Source: Raja brachyura | Lineage: Eukaryota | Length of the DNA: 64,000 nucleotides | Reading direction: 5' to 3' | NCBI GenBank assembly: GCA_963514005.1 | Contig: OY740793.1 | Coordinates: 26,474,001-26,538,000 of the forward strand | Shown here: in pieces, positions 62,619 through 64,000 of the stretch | Layout of the letters: the number at the start of each line of letters is the position of its first letter | Position numbering within the stretch: position 1 is the stretch's first letter | Made by a program: the position numbers and the translations under genes | The notes under the pieces: generated by a model | Databases searched by the model: none | What the model was told of the DNA's origin: nothing | The model's input: the letters and a program-made list of their open reading frames with translations, nothing else

Positions 62619-63717
62619 TAAGGATCACCGTGGTGTCTATTCGTTGATTTGAAAGAAGTAGCAATTGTAAATATCTTGTTAATACTTTTTGCCTTTGCAC
62701 AATAAATATAAATGGATGTAAGGTGCTGAGGGACTACTGTACTACTGATGATATCTTTGGGTTATGACCTTATTCTGCTGCGTTGTTTATTCCTTCAAGT
62801 GCACGTTAAATGTGCCAGTGTGGGGGAGTTTTCTCTAGTATTCTGGCTAATAGTTTTCCTTTATTCAGCATCATCAAATATCTTGTTAGTTTACTAGGTT
62901 ATTATTACATTGATGATTGTGTCAACTTTGCTGTGCATAAATTGACTACCATATTTATTTGATTACGTTAATAATACATTTAAAAAATCCTTAGTTAGGC
63001 TTCAAATGCTTTGGGTTGTTCTGAATGTATTGAAAGGCACTATAAAGCGACATCTATCTTTCTAATAAAAAACAGACAAATGGATGAATTCCTGGGACAG
63101 GAATCATCACAACATAAAAGTGACTCTGAACAGATAAGAATTGCTGAAAGTTGTGTTAAAAGGCTGGAAATACAAATGTCTTTCCTCATTCATATAATTC
63201 TGCTTGGATGCAACAGGAGGTTGGAGGAATGCAAATATCACGTTTCCTTACAAAATAAACGAGAGATAAATGTGGCAACTACACATGATGAACCTGGTGG
63301 AGATGGTGAAACATTTTGAGATGATAGATAAGGGTAAAATTAATTTGTTAAAGGCAAATTTCGTTTGGCTAACTTGAATTAGTTTTTTTTTTGAAATGGC
63401 AGTGAGGACTGATGAGGGTTGTGCCATTATCGTTCTTTTTTGAACTTCTGAGATATGTTTGATAAAGAATCATATAATGGACATGTTAGTAAAATTGAAT
63501 TCAAGTGCCTGCCTGAATGTGAGTGTAGTTATGAAATAGAAAACTGACTGTAGTGCTAAATGGGTGTTTTTTGGAACATCAAGAAGTGTACAGTTGTGTT
63601 TTAAGACCCACCGAATCTTTGTTGCGCAATCCAGTTTCATACAATATCTTTACAAATTAATTTCTCTCAAGCACCTATCTACTTCCATTTTGAAAGCCCT
63701 GATTAACTGTTTTTACA

Positions 63718-63878
63718 GATACAGGAATTGGATAGGTATATGGATAGGTATATGGACGGGGAGGGAATGGAGGGGTATGGTCTGAGTGCAGGTAGATGGG
63801 ACTAGGGGAAAATAAATGGTCGGCACGGACTGGAAGGGCCGAGAAGGCCTGTTTCCATGCTGTAATTGTTATGTGATT
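63718..63878 (+). mobile_element. CR1 3' end with short tandem duplication
   Basis: (GGATAGGTATAT)2 then GGAGGGGTATGGTCTGAGTGCAGG..GGCCTGTTTCCATGCTGTAA. Confidence 0.7.
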
Positions 63879-64000
63879 AATTGGTAAGCTTCTACAGATT
63901 TGTTTTTTCAAGAACAGGTGCAGGCAGGTCTAGCACCTATTGCTCATCCCTTCTTGGGATGGTGAGCCACCTTCTTGAACAGCTGCAATCCCTTGTGTGA

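Noticed and set aside
63011-63319. 102-aa ORF as the next BCORL1 exon
   Set aside because: No similarity I can recognise to BCOR-family sequence and no convincing splice sites; it adjoins a degraded CR1 RT fragment.

Overview
This is vertebrate genomic DNA, very likely a cartilaginous fish (skate/ray), inferred from its HE1-like tRNA-SINEs, HER1/CR1 LINEs and abundant Penelope-derived repeats. The only host coding sequence I can recognise is the first coding exon of a BCOR-family corepressor gene on the + strand (exon 60270-60403, ATG at 60318, [29 protein letters not shown]), most similar to BCORL1. Two CpG-rich promoter-like regions with splice donors (~12.3-13.9 kb and ~54.2-54.7 kb) look like alternative non-coding first exons, so most of the window is probably 5' UTR intron. 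The rest is dominated by mobile DNA: a structurally complete DIRS tyrosine-recombinase retrotransposon inserted in a SINE, an IR/DR-type Tc1 transposon, a 5'-truncated L1, Penelope-like elements, CR1, L2, Rex1 and Vingi-like fragments, and Harbinger- and Tigger-like MITEs. The most interesting signal is a family of short Penelope-derived units that carry a minimal hammerhead-ribozyme core (CUGAAGA-A-stem II-GAAAC-GUC). They recur more than a dozen times, often as fold-back pairs, and several are flanked by target-site duplications. All family assignments come from motif recognition by eye; no database searches were run.
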